From the NCBI GenBank assembly GCA_964629685.1, contig CAZVTT010000003.1:22038-86037 (forward strand): DNA of 64,000 bases, given 5' to 3'. Numbering within the stretch: the first letter of the stretch is position 1; each line of letters starts with the position of its first letter. Below the pieces are notes generated by a model that was not told the DNA's origin, did no database searches, and was given only the letters and a program-made list of their open reading frames with translations. Origin of the DNA: an uncultured Gammaproteobacteria bacterium (lineage in GTDB: Bacteria; Patescibacteriota; Microgenomatia; UBA10105; UBA927). The position numbers and the translations under genes are program-made. Shown piece by piece: positions 48,079 to 57,879 of this stretch.

Positions 48079-49611
48079 TTGCAGCAACTCTTAAAAAATT
48101 ACAAAATATACACTATGCACAAACTGAAACCATTACTATTAATTATTCTTGGTAGCTTCATCGGCATCGCCTGCATAGCCCTAGCCGTTACCATCGGGGT
48201 ATTTGATATCCCCGACTCCTTCTTTTACGCCACATTGGCCCAATACTTTTATACCGGCGAAGTGTTCCCCATACAGCCATTTAACCTGTACAAACCGCAA
48301 ACCCTCTTCGGTCCGGTGTACGGACTCATTGTCGTCCCGCTCATTTCCCAGCCATGGCCGTTCGGCATGGTCATGGTGCCGCTCCTGCAACTCCTATTAC
48401 TCGTTATCGGTGCCACACTCATGTACCTGCTCATGAAAAAACACCTCCCGCGTCCCTGGCCGTTCATTACTGCGGCGGTCTACGTGTTGCTGCCGTTCCA
48501 GATTATTTACGCCACCTTTATGATGTCGGAAACGCTTACGGCTACGTTATTGTTACTCTGGATCGTTATTCTGGACGGCTGGTTAAACGGCAAAAAATGG
48601 TCCCACCCCGCACTACTGGTTTTAGTCGCTGCCGTGGCCACCCTTACCCGCTACGTCTTTCAGATGCTGTTTTATATTTCGCTCGCAATCTGGATCTGGG
48701 ACACCCTCCACCTTACCCGTTTTTTACCAAAATTCCTTTCCCATCTGCACATGCTGGCACCCTACAAAAAACGCCTGGCAGTATTGCACCTCCCTGCACT
48801 GGTAGGTATCGGTATTATCGCCGGCTGGATGTACTTTAATTTCCGGATCAACGACGTGTGGGCGCTTTCCATTCTGCAGGGACGGCATATTTACAACAAC
48901 GTGGTTACGGTGGGACACTTTCTTCCACCCGACGATCACCCCATTATGAAGTTTTTCCTGGAACGGTATGGCCGCTGGGGTGCGGGAAAAGAGGTTATGT
49001 ATGACCCGTGGTGGGATGTGCAGCTCATATTAAATGACGGCATTATTCCCGAATGGAAAGTAGACCAGCTCTATCGCGATTTGAGTCTGGCAGCAATCAA
49101 AACCCACCCGATACCCTACGCGCTGCACGTAGCACGGATGACGTACAACATCGCTACCACCGCACCATATCACCCGGAAGGATTCGTGGAAAAACTCAAT
49201 ACCTGTTCGCAGGATGTTACGGTAAATCCGCCGGTGCCTATTTGTCGGTTTAAATGGAATAAATATTTATGTGAACCCGCTGTACGGGCATGCGGCGCGC
49301 AATCCGCCTTCGCCACCTTCGCTACCGCCAGTATTAACTTTTATCCCGTCGGAGGGGCAATCCTTTATCTGCTTTCCGGTATCGGCATTATCGTCAGTTT
49401 GCTGAAGCGTAAGCCATTTTTCATCTGGGTATCCGGACTCTTTGCTATCCAACACGTATTGGCATCCGCCACCGAATGGGTCGAAGGAAGATTCCTCATC
49501 CCCCTCTATCCCCTGTATGCGATCCTGATCGTGGTAGCGGTACAGTGGATCTGGCAATATACCACCAACCATCGACGGAAAGATAATTCGCTTGAATTTA
49601 ACTGCGGTTGA
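48079..49611 (+). CDS. Polytopic membrane protein (GT-C-like)
   Basis: 510 aa with about 12 TM helices. Acidic first-loop motif GVFDIPDSFFYATLAQ. Alternative start at the Met at 48115. Confidence 0.45.
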   Translation: MQQLLKNYKIYTMHKLKPLLLIILGSFIGIACIALAVTIGVFDIPDSFFYATLAQYFYTGEVFPIQPFNLYKPQTLFGPVYGLIVVPLISQPWPFGMVMVPLLQLLLLVIGATLMYLLMKKHLPRPWPFITAAVYVLLPFQIIYATFMMSETLTATLLLLWIVILDGWLNGKKWSHPALLVLVAAVATLTRYVFQMLFYISLAIWIWDTLHLTRFLPKFLSHLHMLAPYKKRLAVLHLPALVGIGIIAGWMYFNFRINDVWALSILQGRHIYNNVVTVGHFLPPDDHPIMKFFLERYGRWGAGKEVMYDPWWDVQLILNDGIIPEWKVDQLYRDLSLAAIKTHPIPYALHVARMTYNIATTAPYHPEGFVEKLNTCSQDVTVNPPVPICRFKWNKYLCEPAVRACGAQSAFATFATASINFYPVGGAILYLLSGIGIIVSLLKRKPFFIWVSGLFAIQHVLASATEWVEGRFLIPLYPLYAILIVVAVQWIWQYTTNHRRKDNSLEFNCG

Positions 49612-49661
49612 AGCAACGCGCCTCTCAACCCTCTCTCACCACGCTTGCCGACTAGCCATAC

Positions 49662-50762
49662 CTACAACAAGGAAACCAACTGCTTAAAGATAAATATTTT
49701 TCCTTTCTTGAGACCGGAAACTTCGACAATATAACCCAGCCTGTCTAACTCCCTCAGCAAACGAATAATAGTCGCACCATGCGCTTTGAGTTCATCTGCT
49801 GCCTGATTTATTTTAAAAACCGGCTGCTTAAACATGAAGTCAATTAAACGAACCATATAGGGAGACTTTAGCTGCACGGTTCGTTCAAGCAGCTCATCAT
49901 GTAAAGAAATTATTTTGTTTATTAACTCACCTGTCGCCTGAGCCTGGGCAATAACCGCTCGCAGGAAATAAGCAACCCATGGGTCGTAAACTCCACTCTG
50001 ATCGACAGAATGTAGTGCCTCTAAATATTTGTCTTTTTCCGCATCAAAGAACCCACTGAGATATAGTATCGGTAAATTCAATCGACGCCGGGAAAATAAG
50101 AATAAAGGGATAAGTAATCTCCCAATTCTACCGTTACCATCATAAAATGGATGAATCGCTTCAAATTGATAATGTATTAACGCTGCTTGAACTAGTGCAT
50201 CTTCATTGTCGAAATGAAAATAAGATTCAAGATTTGCCATATAGTCCGGAACCTTTTCCCAAGAGGGTGGTACGTATGTTGCCTGTTCGATCGGACTATT
50301 GGGCACCCCAATCCAGACAGGTTCTTTTCTAAACTCACCCCTTGATGCGTTCCCGCGGGTATCCGTTAACAGAATGTTGTGGACTGTCTTTATTAAATTC
50401 AGACTGATGGGCCTCTTCGATAATTCCTCCATTGCGTGATACATTGCCTTTTTATAGTTCGACACCTCAATAACGTCGCTATGCTTTGTAATGCCACCTG
50501 CTTCATGCATATAAACATCTTTTACAGTACTTTGCGTACCCTCTATCTTGGAACTTACCGTGGCTTCTTTTGTCGTAAGCGGAGCAATTAATAGGAGTGG
50601 ATTTTTCAGACTCTTTTGTAGTCCTTTTAATTCTCCGACAGTGTAGTTAGCCTGACTCATCAATAGAGCAAGGGAGTCGTAATTGACTTTTATTGGTAAC
50701 TTTTGGGGCTGATGGCATCTCATATTAGCCTCAAATATATCATGATAGTTGCAGAATGTCAA
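49662..50762 (-). CDS. Fic-domain protein (class II, with N-terminal inhibitory helix motif)
   Basis: Fic core HPFYDGNGRIGR at aa 204-215. Inhibitory [ST]xxxE[GN] motif SSKIEG at aa 70-75. AT-rich gene (about 38% GC). Confidence 0.8.
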   Translation of the reverse strand: MTFCNYHDIFEANMRCHQPQKLPIKVNYDSLALLMSQANYTVGELKGLQKSLKNPLLLIAPLTTKEATVSSKIEGTQSTVKDVYMHEAGGITKHSDVIEVSNYKKAMYHAMEELSKRPISLNLIKTVHNILLTDTRGNASRGEFRKEPVWIGVPNSPIEQATYVPPSWEKVPDYMANLESYFHFDNEDALVQAALIHYQFEAIHPFYDGNGRIGRLLIPLFLFSRRRLNLPILYLSGFFDAEKDKYLEALHSVDQSGVYDPWVAYFLRAVIAQAQATGELINKIISLHDELLERTVQLKSPYMVRLIDFMFKQPVFKINQAADELKAHGATIIRLLRELDRLGYIVEVSGLKKGKIFIFKQLVSLL

Positions 50763-50846
50763 TATTCTGCAATGATAATGCCGACATGTTGCATACCTGC
50801 AACATTGTTGTTTCTATCAATTTTTTTCGCGAACCACTTTATCCTA

Positions 50847-51632
50847 TCACCGTACCACACTTGCCGACCAGCCGTCGAATATCGATTCATATTTTCCCGC
50901 AAACGTTAACAACATATCCGTCTGAGTATTTATAGCTTCTAGCTCCATCGTCGCCGGAATATATACTTCCAGGGCATACGGAAATATTACTTCTTTATTT
51001 TCATATTCTTTTACCTCTTTCGGTTTCAAAGGCGATTTCCGCACGTCTGTCATAAAATTTTTGCGTTGTTCCGCAGTCTTAAAAAAATACAGATGTTCGA
51101 TGTTCCGGGATTGCTTTACATCATCCCCGCCCTCCACAAATTTCTGCACCAACCGTAGATTATGAAACTTTTGCCTTTCAGTTTTAGGCGGATACAGCAT
51201 AAAAAAATAACTTTTCCATTCCTGGTCTTCTTCCGCCTGAATTTTATAATCACAATCCTTGTACTGTTTCATCATTTGCTCTATTTTGGATTTTATTTTT
51301 TCCGGTTCACTGGTGAAAATGAAGAATAATTCTTTCCCGTCGTTATTTAATCTCCCTGCCAAATGCGCTTTCGTATTCTTAATTGCTTTGTAGATATTGG
51401 TTTCTACAGGGTATATCAGTTCATCAAATACTTCTTTTGTCGGAAAACCATTCCTGCTGGTTCCCAAATTCCGCAACGCCAAAACAACAGAAAAAGTATA
51501 CGTTTCGCCAAACGCATTGTACGCATTACAGTCAACCCAAATAGATGCCGGTTTATTACCTATATTCCGCATCCAAATACAATCATCAACCTGCACTGTG
51601 GGCTTCTTAAATACCTTGTCGAATATTCCCAT
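50847..51632 (-). CDS. Hypothetical cytoplasmic protein co-directional with and upstream of the Fic gene
   Basis: 261 aa with no TM helices. Lys/Glu-rich, AT-rich. 84-nt gap to the Fic gene. Confidence 0.45.
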   Translation of the reverse strand: MGIFDKVFKKPTVQVDDCIWMRNIGNKPASIWVDCNAYNAFGETYTFSVVLALRNLGTSRNGFPTKEVFDELIYPVETNIYKAIKNTKAHLAGRLNNDGKELFFIFTSEPEKIKSKIEQMMKQYKDCDYKIQAEEDQEWKSYFFMLYPPKTERQKFHNLRLVQKFVEGGDDVKQSRNIEHLYFFKTAEQRKNFMTDVRKSPLKPKEVKEYENKEVIFPYALEVYIPATMELEAINTQTDMLLTFAGKYESIFDGWSASVVR

Positions 51633-51699
51633 TCGTTCCTCTTGAAGCCCATTATACTCCCGCTGTCCATCTCACGTGCTTCAACCGAAGAGTAAAACC

Positions 51700-51938
51700 G
51701 AGTGTAGGTTTTTACGAGGAGTTACAAGCTATTCCTTACGCATTTCTAAGGGGTGCGCGCATGTGCATTTTTTGCGCCCTTCGAGACCACTTCAGGGTAA
51801 AGAATGAAAAGCCCACACAATTCTAAAAAGGAGAGTGGTGCAGGGATTTTTACGAAGAGTTACAGGCGATTAACAACGGGTGGTAATGGTTAACGGTACT
51901 TGAGTCCAACGATGAGTAAAAAGCTCTGCACCGCTCTC
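51700..51938. repeat. Intergenic repeat (locus d): A-fragment + module B + module A
   Basis: aggtttttacgaggagttacaagctatt.. + ggggtgcgcgcatgtgcattttttgcgcccttcgagaccacttcagggtaaagaatgaaaagcccacacaattct + ggagagtggtgcag...ctgcaccgctctc. The 3' arm overlaps the stop codon of 51937..52767. Confidence 0.65.
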
Positions 51939-52767
51939 ATCCTAACTCATCCAGAAACGCTTCCATCGTTTTCTGCGCTTCGAAACCCAATACCTTTTTC
52001 GCCTTCTCTACATTCATCCCGCTGGCGCGGGGTTTCGTGGTGTCTACCGGCGCATTCTGTACGGTAAATTCGTACCGTTCTTTTAGTAAAAGGACCAAGT
52101 CATTTAACGTATTCGCCTGCACATTTCCGATGTTAAACGTATCCGATTCTGAATACGAAAGCGCTTTCAGTAACGCCTGGCATACATCATCCACATGAAT
52201 AAAATTCCGCCGCTGATTCCCGTCTCCGGTTATCGTTACATTCCCCGATTCTTTTATGGACGTCAGCAAATCATACAGCACCCCGCGGTAATGCCCCGGT
52301 CCGTATACGTTGGAAAACCGCAAGATGACATAGTGCAGATCATCGGTACGGTGGTACCGCTGTATACACTCCTCTGCAAACAATTTGGTTAACCCGTAAT
52401 CACTTGTAGGGTGCGGTGTATCCGTTTCCGAAAATAATTCTCCGTTTTCACTCTCACCGTACACGATTCCGGTAGATGAATACAGCATCGTTTTTAATCC
52501 GTACGGAATACCGATTTCCAGAAGCTGCTGCGTCATGGTTACATTCTTTTCCAGCTGATGGGTAAACGGCGGACGCGATGTTCCCAGCAAATGAATCATG
52601 TGCGTAATCCGATTCGTTTGGAAATATTCCGTCACTGCCACCGGATCCAGTAAATTTCCCACAAAAGGTATAACCGTCTGTTCCGTTTCATTCAACAGTT
52701 TGGTTACATGCGTACCGATGAAGCCATCGCTACCGGTTATGCCGATACGAAAAGATGGGTTGTTCAT
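51937..52767 (-). CDS. NAD-dependent epimerase/dehydratase (short SDR-type)
   Basis: IGITGSDGFIGTHV. YGLTKLFAEEC (YxxxK). Confidence 0.65.
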   Translation of the reverse strand: MNNPSFRIGITGSDGFIGTHVTKLLNETEQTVIPFVGNLLDPVAVTEYFQTNRITHMIHLLGTSRPPFTHQLEKNVTMTQQLLEIGIPYGLKTMLYSSTGIVYGESENGELFSETDTPHPTSDYGLTKLFAEECIQRYHRTDDLHYVILRFSNVYGPGHYRGVLYDLLTSIKESGNVTITGDGNQRRNFIHVDDVCQALLKALSYSESDTFNIGNVQANTLNDLVLLLKERYEFTVQNAPVDTTKPRASGMNVEKAKKVLGFEAQKTMEAFLDELG

Positions 52768-53464
52768 AAAACGTTATCCGAAACCACAACGCTATCATAT
52801 CTAAAAATGCCCCGCCGACCAACCTTACCCGCCAGCCACTGTGCTGCAACTTTTCCGATGCATAATGCCGGATCGGTAAACTCCGCACCCGGTATCCCAA
52901 ACGGATAGCCCGGATTACCCGCTCCGCTTCGTAATATACCGTTTGAGACGACAGCGGAATATCGGTAATAATTTCCCGCCGCATCGCCTTTATACTCTGC
53001 GCATCAAACGTATCCACACCAAACAATACACGATTTAACATATTGTGAGACCACGAAATCACATGCCGGTGCCAGGGGTACGCTTTCAGCTTCCGCTGCC
53101 CCACCACTAAATCACTGTCCTTTAACGCCGCAATCAGCAGCGGAATATCTTTAATTTCCCACTCCACATCAAAACTAAACGTCACCACATACGGATGCTT
53201 TGCCGCGGCATACAAATCGGAAAATGTTTTGGCTATCCCCATATTCTCGTCGTGCCGCAATAACCGCACACCCTTTTTGGACTTTGCCAACAACTGCAGC
53301 ACGCGCCAACTGTCGTCGGCACTGCGGTCATCCAAAATTACTATTTCAAACTGCGGAAATGCCTGTGACACCACGGCATACAGCTCGGCAAACCGTTTCG
53401 GAAGAACAGATTGATCGTTATAACACGGAATAAGTACGGATACGGCGGGAATACTCTCAGACAT
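52730..53464 (-). CDS. Family 2 glycosyltransferase
   Basis: VSVLIPCYNDQSVL. IVILDDRSADDS. Overlaps the downstream gene by 38 nt. Confidence 0.65.
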   Translation of the reverse strand: MSESIPAVSVLIPCYNDQSVLPKRFAELYAVVSQAFPQFEIVILDDRSADDSWRVLQLLAKSKKGVRLLRHDENMGIAKTFSDLYAAAKHPYVVTFSFDVEWEIKDIPLLIAALKDSDLVVGQRKLKAYPWHRHVISWSHNMLNRVLFGVDTFDAQSIKAMRREIITDIPLSSQTVYYEAERVIRAIRLGYRVRSLPIRHYASEKLQHSGWRVRLVGGAFLDMIALWFRITFYEQPIFSYRHNR

Positions 53465-53589
53465 TTCGACTCATTATATAAGAAACACACGAAAAGTTCT
53501 CCATCGATACATCAATAACAGGAGAGTTGCGCTACGCTCCGCCACCCTACCACTCTCATACCTCCCTTTTCCCCTACCGGGAAGCTATA

Positions 53590-54288
53590 ATGAGCCTCAT
53601 GCATGCAGTAAGCATCACCATCCCCGCGTACAACGAAGCGGAAAACATAGAACATGTAGCCCAGGATGCACTGGCTGCACTTAAAAAATACTCCCCTACC
53701 GGAGAAATTCTTTTCGTGAATGACGGATCTACCGATACCACGGGAGAAATTTTAGATCGCCTGGCAAAAAAACATAAACACATCCGCGTTATTCACCATC
53801 CTAAAAATCTGGGATTTTCCGGTGCCATTACCAGCTGCTATCGCGGCGCCAAAAAAGAACTTATTTTCCTGGCTCCCGGTGACGGACAGATCGCACTGGA
53901 CGACATAAAACTTTTCCTGAATAAAATAGACGGAAACGATGTGGTTATCGGCTACCGTCTCATGCGGGACGAACCGTTTACCCGAAAACTCAATTCCTAT
54001 GTATTCCATCTCATTTACCGCATACTGTTCGGCGTTCCCGTCAAGGAAATATCAACAGCGGTACTCTGGCGCAAAAACATACTCGATGCGGTTACCATCA
54101 CCGCGCACCCCAGAAGCGCTCTTATCGAACCGGAAGTCATTTACAAAGCCTGGAAACAGGGAGCCAAACTTACCCAAGTCGGTGTTCCCTACTATCCCCG
54201 CCGCGCGGGACTTGCCAAAGGCGGCAGCATCGTCATGATCCTTATGACACTGAAAGAACTCTTGCGCCTCCGAATCTCATTGTCCTAG
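53590..54288 (+). CDS. Family 2 glycosyltransferase (Dpm1-like)
   Basis: Track ORF starts at 53527. Met at 53590 (MSLMHAVSITIPAYNEAENI). FVNDGSTDTT. Acidic motif APGDGQ. Confidence 0.65.
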   Translation: MSLMHAVSITIPAYNEAENIEHVAQDALAALKKYSPTGEILFVNDGSTDTTGEILDRLAKKHKHIRVIHHPKNLGFSGAITSCYRGAKKELIFLAPGDGQIALDDIKLFLNKIDGNDVVIGYRLMRDEPFTRKLNSYVFHLIYRILFGVPVKEISTAVLWRKNILDAVTITAHPRSALIEPEVIYKAWKQGAKLTQVGVPYYPRRAGLAKGGSIVMILMTLKELLRLRISLS

Positions 54289-54363
54289 CACCATTATCAA
54301 GGCCTCCCCTGACAAGGTCCTATAGTTGATTTAATCAATATTTCAGATGTGACCATGCCATTT

Positions 54364-54372
54364 TGATATAAT
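54364..54372 (+). promoter_or_regulatory. Extended -10 promoter TGaTATAAT 10 nt upstream of the 54383 ATG (near-leaderless)
   Basis: ttttGaTATAATccaactagctATG. No Shine-Dalgarno sequence. Confidence 0.35.
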
Positions 54373-54382
54373 CCAACTAGCT

Positions 54383-55999
54383 ATGGGAGAAACACTCAGC
54401 CCTTCACCGGTATTAATCGGATTCGCCAAACCACGTGCTTCGATGGATTCCGGGTATGGTTCCTGGTACGAAAAACCGGAATCGGCAGCAGCGGAAGAAG
54501 ACAGAGTGCACCGAATACTCGGCACACTGGTAACCGAAATGATGGAAAACAACGGCGTCGGCAGACAAATTGAACTGATGTGTTCCCACGGAACATATTT
54601 GAATACCCGTGCAGTCATAAATGAAACCAAAGTAGGCTCGCAACCAAAAGAATTTAATCCGGCTGAAATAGTAGAAAATTATCAGGCTTTTCCTGCAGAT
54701 ATGCGGGACGAATACGAAGGCGATAATTTTGCAAATGTATTACTGACAGCGGATAATCTGGACCGACGTATGGGAGATCCGCGGGGAGGACAAAACTTCC
54801 GCGCGGAAATGAAGCGCTGGCGGGAAACTCAAGGTACGATCATAGACAAACTGAACCAATGCCCGCAGGTAGAACAACTTATTTGGGAAACGGCGGTTGT
54901 AATTCATACCGGCTGGTCATTCGGCCACGGCGATTACAAAAACACCTGGGCCAATACCACGCCGGATAATCGCTTAAAGAGTATTACGGTAGCGGCCAGT
55001 ATGGTAGACGCCATGGTAAATGCTACCGTAAGAACCACAGCCAATCCGGTAGATGTCCATCCCCTTTCCCGTGCCGATATTATTGCCCTCAGGAACCGCA
55101 ACATAAAACGGATAGAAGCGACAAATATTACCGATCTTTGGGACAGCATGCTCAACGTCCGTTTCGATTTAAGACCTAAAGGTGAAGTGGAAGAACAGCT
55201 ACGTGAGATTACCCTGGAGTCGCTCATATCCACAGAAACCCACGCAGGCGAAACGGCATCGGCACTTACCCGTAAAGATGCCGAGAAACGCTTACGTTCA
55301 CGCATCTTTGCAGTGAATGGTCATGCAACTGCCCTCGATGCTGCAGCACATGCAGTCCATCGGGATTGGTCGACATCACAAATTAACAGTGGTAGAAAAA
55401 CCAGAAGGTATATTGCGGGTGAAAACGTAGGGAGACGCACCAAAACGCCTGACGGTGTCGTTACCGATCCACGGATTATTCTCCCCCATCTGCTTACCAA
55501 ACCGGATTTGAATAACAACCGCAGCGCAGCAGCCATCATGGCCACGTATATTACCGATGTTATGATTCCCGATCGGGGTATGACTCCGGACGTACAAACG
55601 TTTATAGACACCGTAAGTGACGTCATTCTGCATGCAAAAGCATTCGGCGTACAGGATGGAACAAACCGCAATCTGGAAACACTTTCCCGGGTAATGCACG
55701 GCATGTGGGGAAAAATTGCCCACTGGCGGGAAGGACGCACTGCCTGTATTCAAAACAGACGGGACCAGCAACGACTCTATTCGGATTTACCTCACAGCAA
55801 GGATCATGATGAACAACAATACGATCGTATTGCGGTTGTTAGTTCACTAAAACCCATGTTGGCGGCATTACTCCAAGTCTGTGATAAACAGGGATATACG
55901 GTAACCGTCAAGCCGGAAGTTCGGGAAGAAATTACCGAATTTACCGCTCGTATTAGACCGGAAAAACCAAAAAAGGAACGGAAAAAGAAAATTGCCTAA
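54383..55999 (+). CDS. Large soluble hypothetical protein (orphan)
   Basis: 538 aa with no TM helices and no motif I recognise. Basic C-terminal tail PEKPKKERKKKIA. Confidence 0.45.
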   Translation: MGETLSPSPVLIGFAKPRASMDSGYGSWYEKPESAAAEEDRVHRILGTLVTEMMENNGVGRQIELMCSHGTYLNTRAVINETKVGSQPKEFNPAEIVENYQAFPADMRDEYEGDNFANVLLTADNLDRRMGDPRGGQNFRAEMKRWRETQGTIIDKLNQCPQVEQLIWETAVVIHTGWSFGHGDYKNTWANTTPDNRLKSITVAASMVDAMVNATVRTTANPVDVHPLSRADIIALRNRNIKRIEATNITDLWDSMLNVRFDLRPKGEVEEQLREITLESLISTETHAGETASALTRKDAEKRLRSRIFAVNGHATALDAAAHAVHRDWSTSQINSGRKTRRYIAGENVGRRTKTPDGVVTDPRIILPHLLTKPDLNNNRSAAAIMATYITDVMIPDRGMTPDVQTFIDTVSDVILHAKAFGVQDGTNRNLETLSRVMHGMWGKIAHWREGRTACIQNRRDQQRLYSDLPHSKDHDEQQYDRIAVVSSLKPMLAALLQVCDKQGYTVTVKPEVREEITEFTARIRPEKPKKERKKKIA

Positions 56000-56002
56000 G
56001 CG

Positions 56003-57772
56003 TTACGGCGCTTTATATATCCGGAAGAACGTATTCTGGTACACTTCTTCCAACATCGGATACAGTTCATTCAAATCTATCTTTCCCCCATTCATTTCCA
56101 TTTCCTCCGGACCATACAGTATGTAGGATATACCCTGTTGTCGAAGCCAGGCCAGTTCCTCCTGAACGGATAACCGCTGTACAAAAAAGTTCGTTACCGC
56201 CGCCTGTTTAATTTCCAGATTCACCGTATTGGCATGCCCGACAAATGTGGTATTCCCGCTGTATACCGGAAGATAGTTACTGGTCGCATGTCCGGCCAGT
56301 ACTACGGCATCCCGGGGCGTATATGTTTCCAGCCAGATACTGGCTTCTATTAAATCTTTTAACGGATACATCACGCTGGCGCCGGTCGGAACCAACGGTA
56401 CATCCGCCCGCATCTTGTGATCCACAAAATCCTTCAGCCACATAAACGACGATGCCATCGTCCCTAGTCCGAACAGAATACACAATGCCGGAACAACAAA
56501 AACGGCGGCCGAAATCCGTTTCACCTTCACTTTTTTCTGCACCATCTCTTTTAGCTGGGCAAACAGATACATCGTTAAAATTCCCAATGGCACCTGCGGC
56601 ATCATCTGCCCGAACCGGGACGGTGATTGCTGCGGAATTTTGGTAAATATAAACATGAGCGTAAGCCAGGCAATTACCCAGGTTACGACAATCCGTAACC
56701 GTTTGGCGTCGCGCGATCCGAAATTTATCAGCAGCAGTATTCCCCCGAGTACCCCCAGTGGGAACGTAGGTCCGAGGGCCATAAAATATTCCCAGAAGGT
56801 AAACGGAGCTTTTACGATGGTGTCGTATTCCACCAGTCGCTTCCAGGGGTATTGCGACATGAGCAAAGAAAAATACAGAAATGTGGGGATAGATAATATA
56901 CCGAATAGTACCCGGCCGGCAAAATGATGCACGGCCCAGTGCCGCAACCACTTTACATATTCTTTCATCGTTTTACCCGTCCCGATGGTATACAGCCACC
57001 CCCAGAACAATTCACCGATAGTCAGGACAAACAGTAAAAAGTACAGGAAAAACAGTACCGGCGGGAAAATAATTCCTAATATAATCCCTACTATTCCCAG
57101 AAATATATAATTTCCGGGATGCACTATTTTGCCGCTTACCCGGGATATAAACCCACCTGCCAGTACCCAGGCGATGAACAACAGCAATGCCTGCCCCACC
57201 AACACGTGCGGCAGAAATAAGATCCTTTGCAGACTGTCTATCTGTGTCCACCACGGCATATATCCGCCAAAACGCGGATACCCTGCCACCATTTCAAATT
57301 TAGGCCAGGTCGAAGCCGTAATCACCAGAATATAGGTAAATATCTGTGTCCGGAATCCGTCGGTATGCCACTCCACAAACTTCCATAATACAAACAGCAA
57401 AAACACGCCGAAAAACACCCGCATCGTGTGATACGCAAACCAGAGGTACGGCGTCTGCACATGCGACCAGTCTGCCACTTTCCCGATCATCACATACAGT
57501 ATCTGCAGGAGGCTGGGATCATGTGCTTCACTGGTGTACTTTTCTTTTGCCAGCCAGGCGCCTTCTTTCCCCTGCCGTATACGGGATAAATAAAAGTTAT
57601 AGTCCGTTGGGAAATTATGGACCAGTTCAAAAAAACGGATCGGTTTCGTTTTATCTTTAATGGACCATTCGTACATGGTTGGCGAAAATCCGACCAAGGT
57701 AAAAAAGCAGATCACCAAAAACACAATCGCAAAACGTACACGGGTAGAATGTAAGAGGGTCATACGTGCCAT
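56003..57772 (-). CDS. Polytopic membrane protein, C-terminal YxFYG family (GT-C-like)
   Basis: 589 aa with more than 12 TM helices. C-terminus LAWLRQQGISYILYGPEEMEMNGG..LYPMLEEVYQNTFFRIYKAP. Confidence 0.5.
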   Translation of the reverse strand: MARMTLLHSTRVRFAIVFLVICFFTLVGFSPTMYEWSIKDKTKPIRFFELVHNFPTDYNFYLSRIRQGKEGAWLAKEKYTSEAHDPSLLQILYVMIGKVADWSHVQTPYLWFAYHTMRVFFGVFLLFVLWKFVEWHTDGFRTQIFTYILVITASTWPKFEMVAGYPRFGGYMPWWTQIDSLQRILFLPHVLVGQALLLFIAWVLAGGFISRVSGKIVHPGNYIFLGIVGIILGIIFPPVLFFLYFLLFVLTIGELFWGWLYTIGTGKTMKEYVKWLRHWAVHHFAGRVLFGILSIPTFLYFSLLMSQYPWKRLVEYDTIVKAPFTFWEYFMALGPTFPLGVLGGILLLINFGSRDAKRLRIVVTWVIAWLTLMFIFTKIPQQSPSRFGQMMPQVPLGILTMYLFAQLKEMVQKKVKVKRISAAVFVVPALCILFGLGTMASSFMWLKDFVDHKMRADVPLVPTGASVMYPLKDLIEASIWLETYTPRDAVVLAGHATSNYLPVYSGNTTFVGHANTVNLEIKQAAVTNFFVQRLSVQEELAWLRQQGISYILYGPEEMEMNGGKIDLNELYPMLEEVYQNTFFRIYKAP

Positions 57773-57879
57773 AAATACAAACCTAACGGTACTAGTGTAC
57801 TATAAAATGGAAACGCACAATACACCCTTTCCCACCCCCTTTTCAGTTTGTCATTTGTGGTGTATTCTAGGTAACTACT

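Noticed and set aside
42380-51940. CRISPR array, tRNA or tmRNA interpretation of the intergenic repeats
   Set aside because: There is no regular repeat-spacer periodicity. There is no cloverleaf and no T-loop GTTCRANYC with a matching acceptor stem. The weak resemblance of acaggcgattaacaacgg to a tmRNA tag region has no flanking tRNA-like domain.
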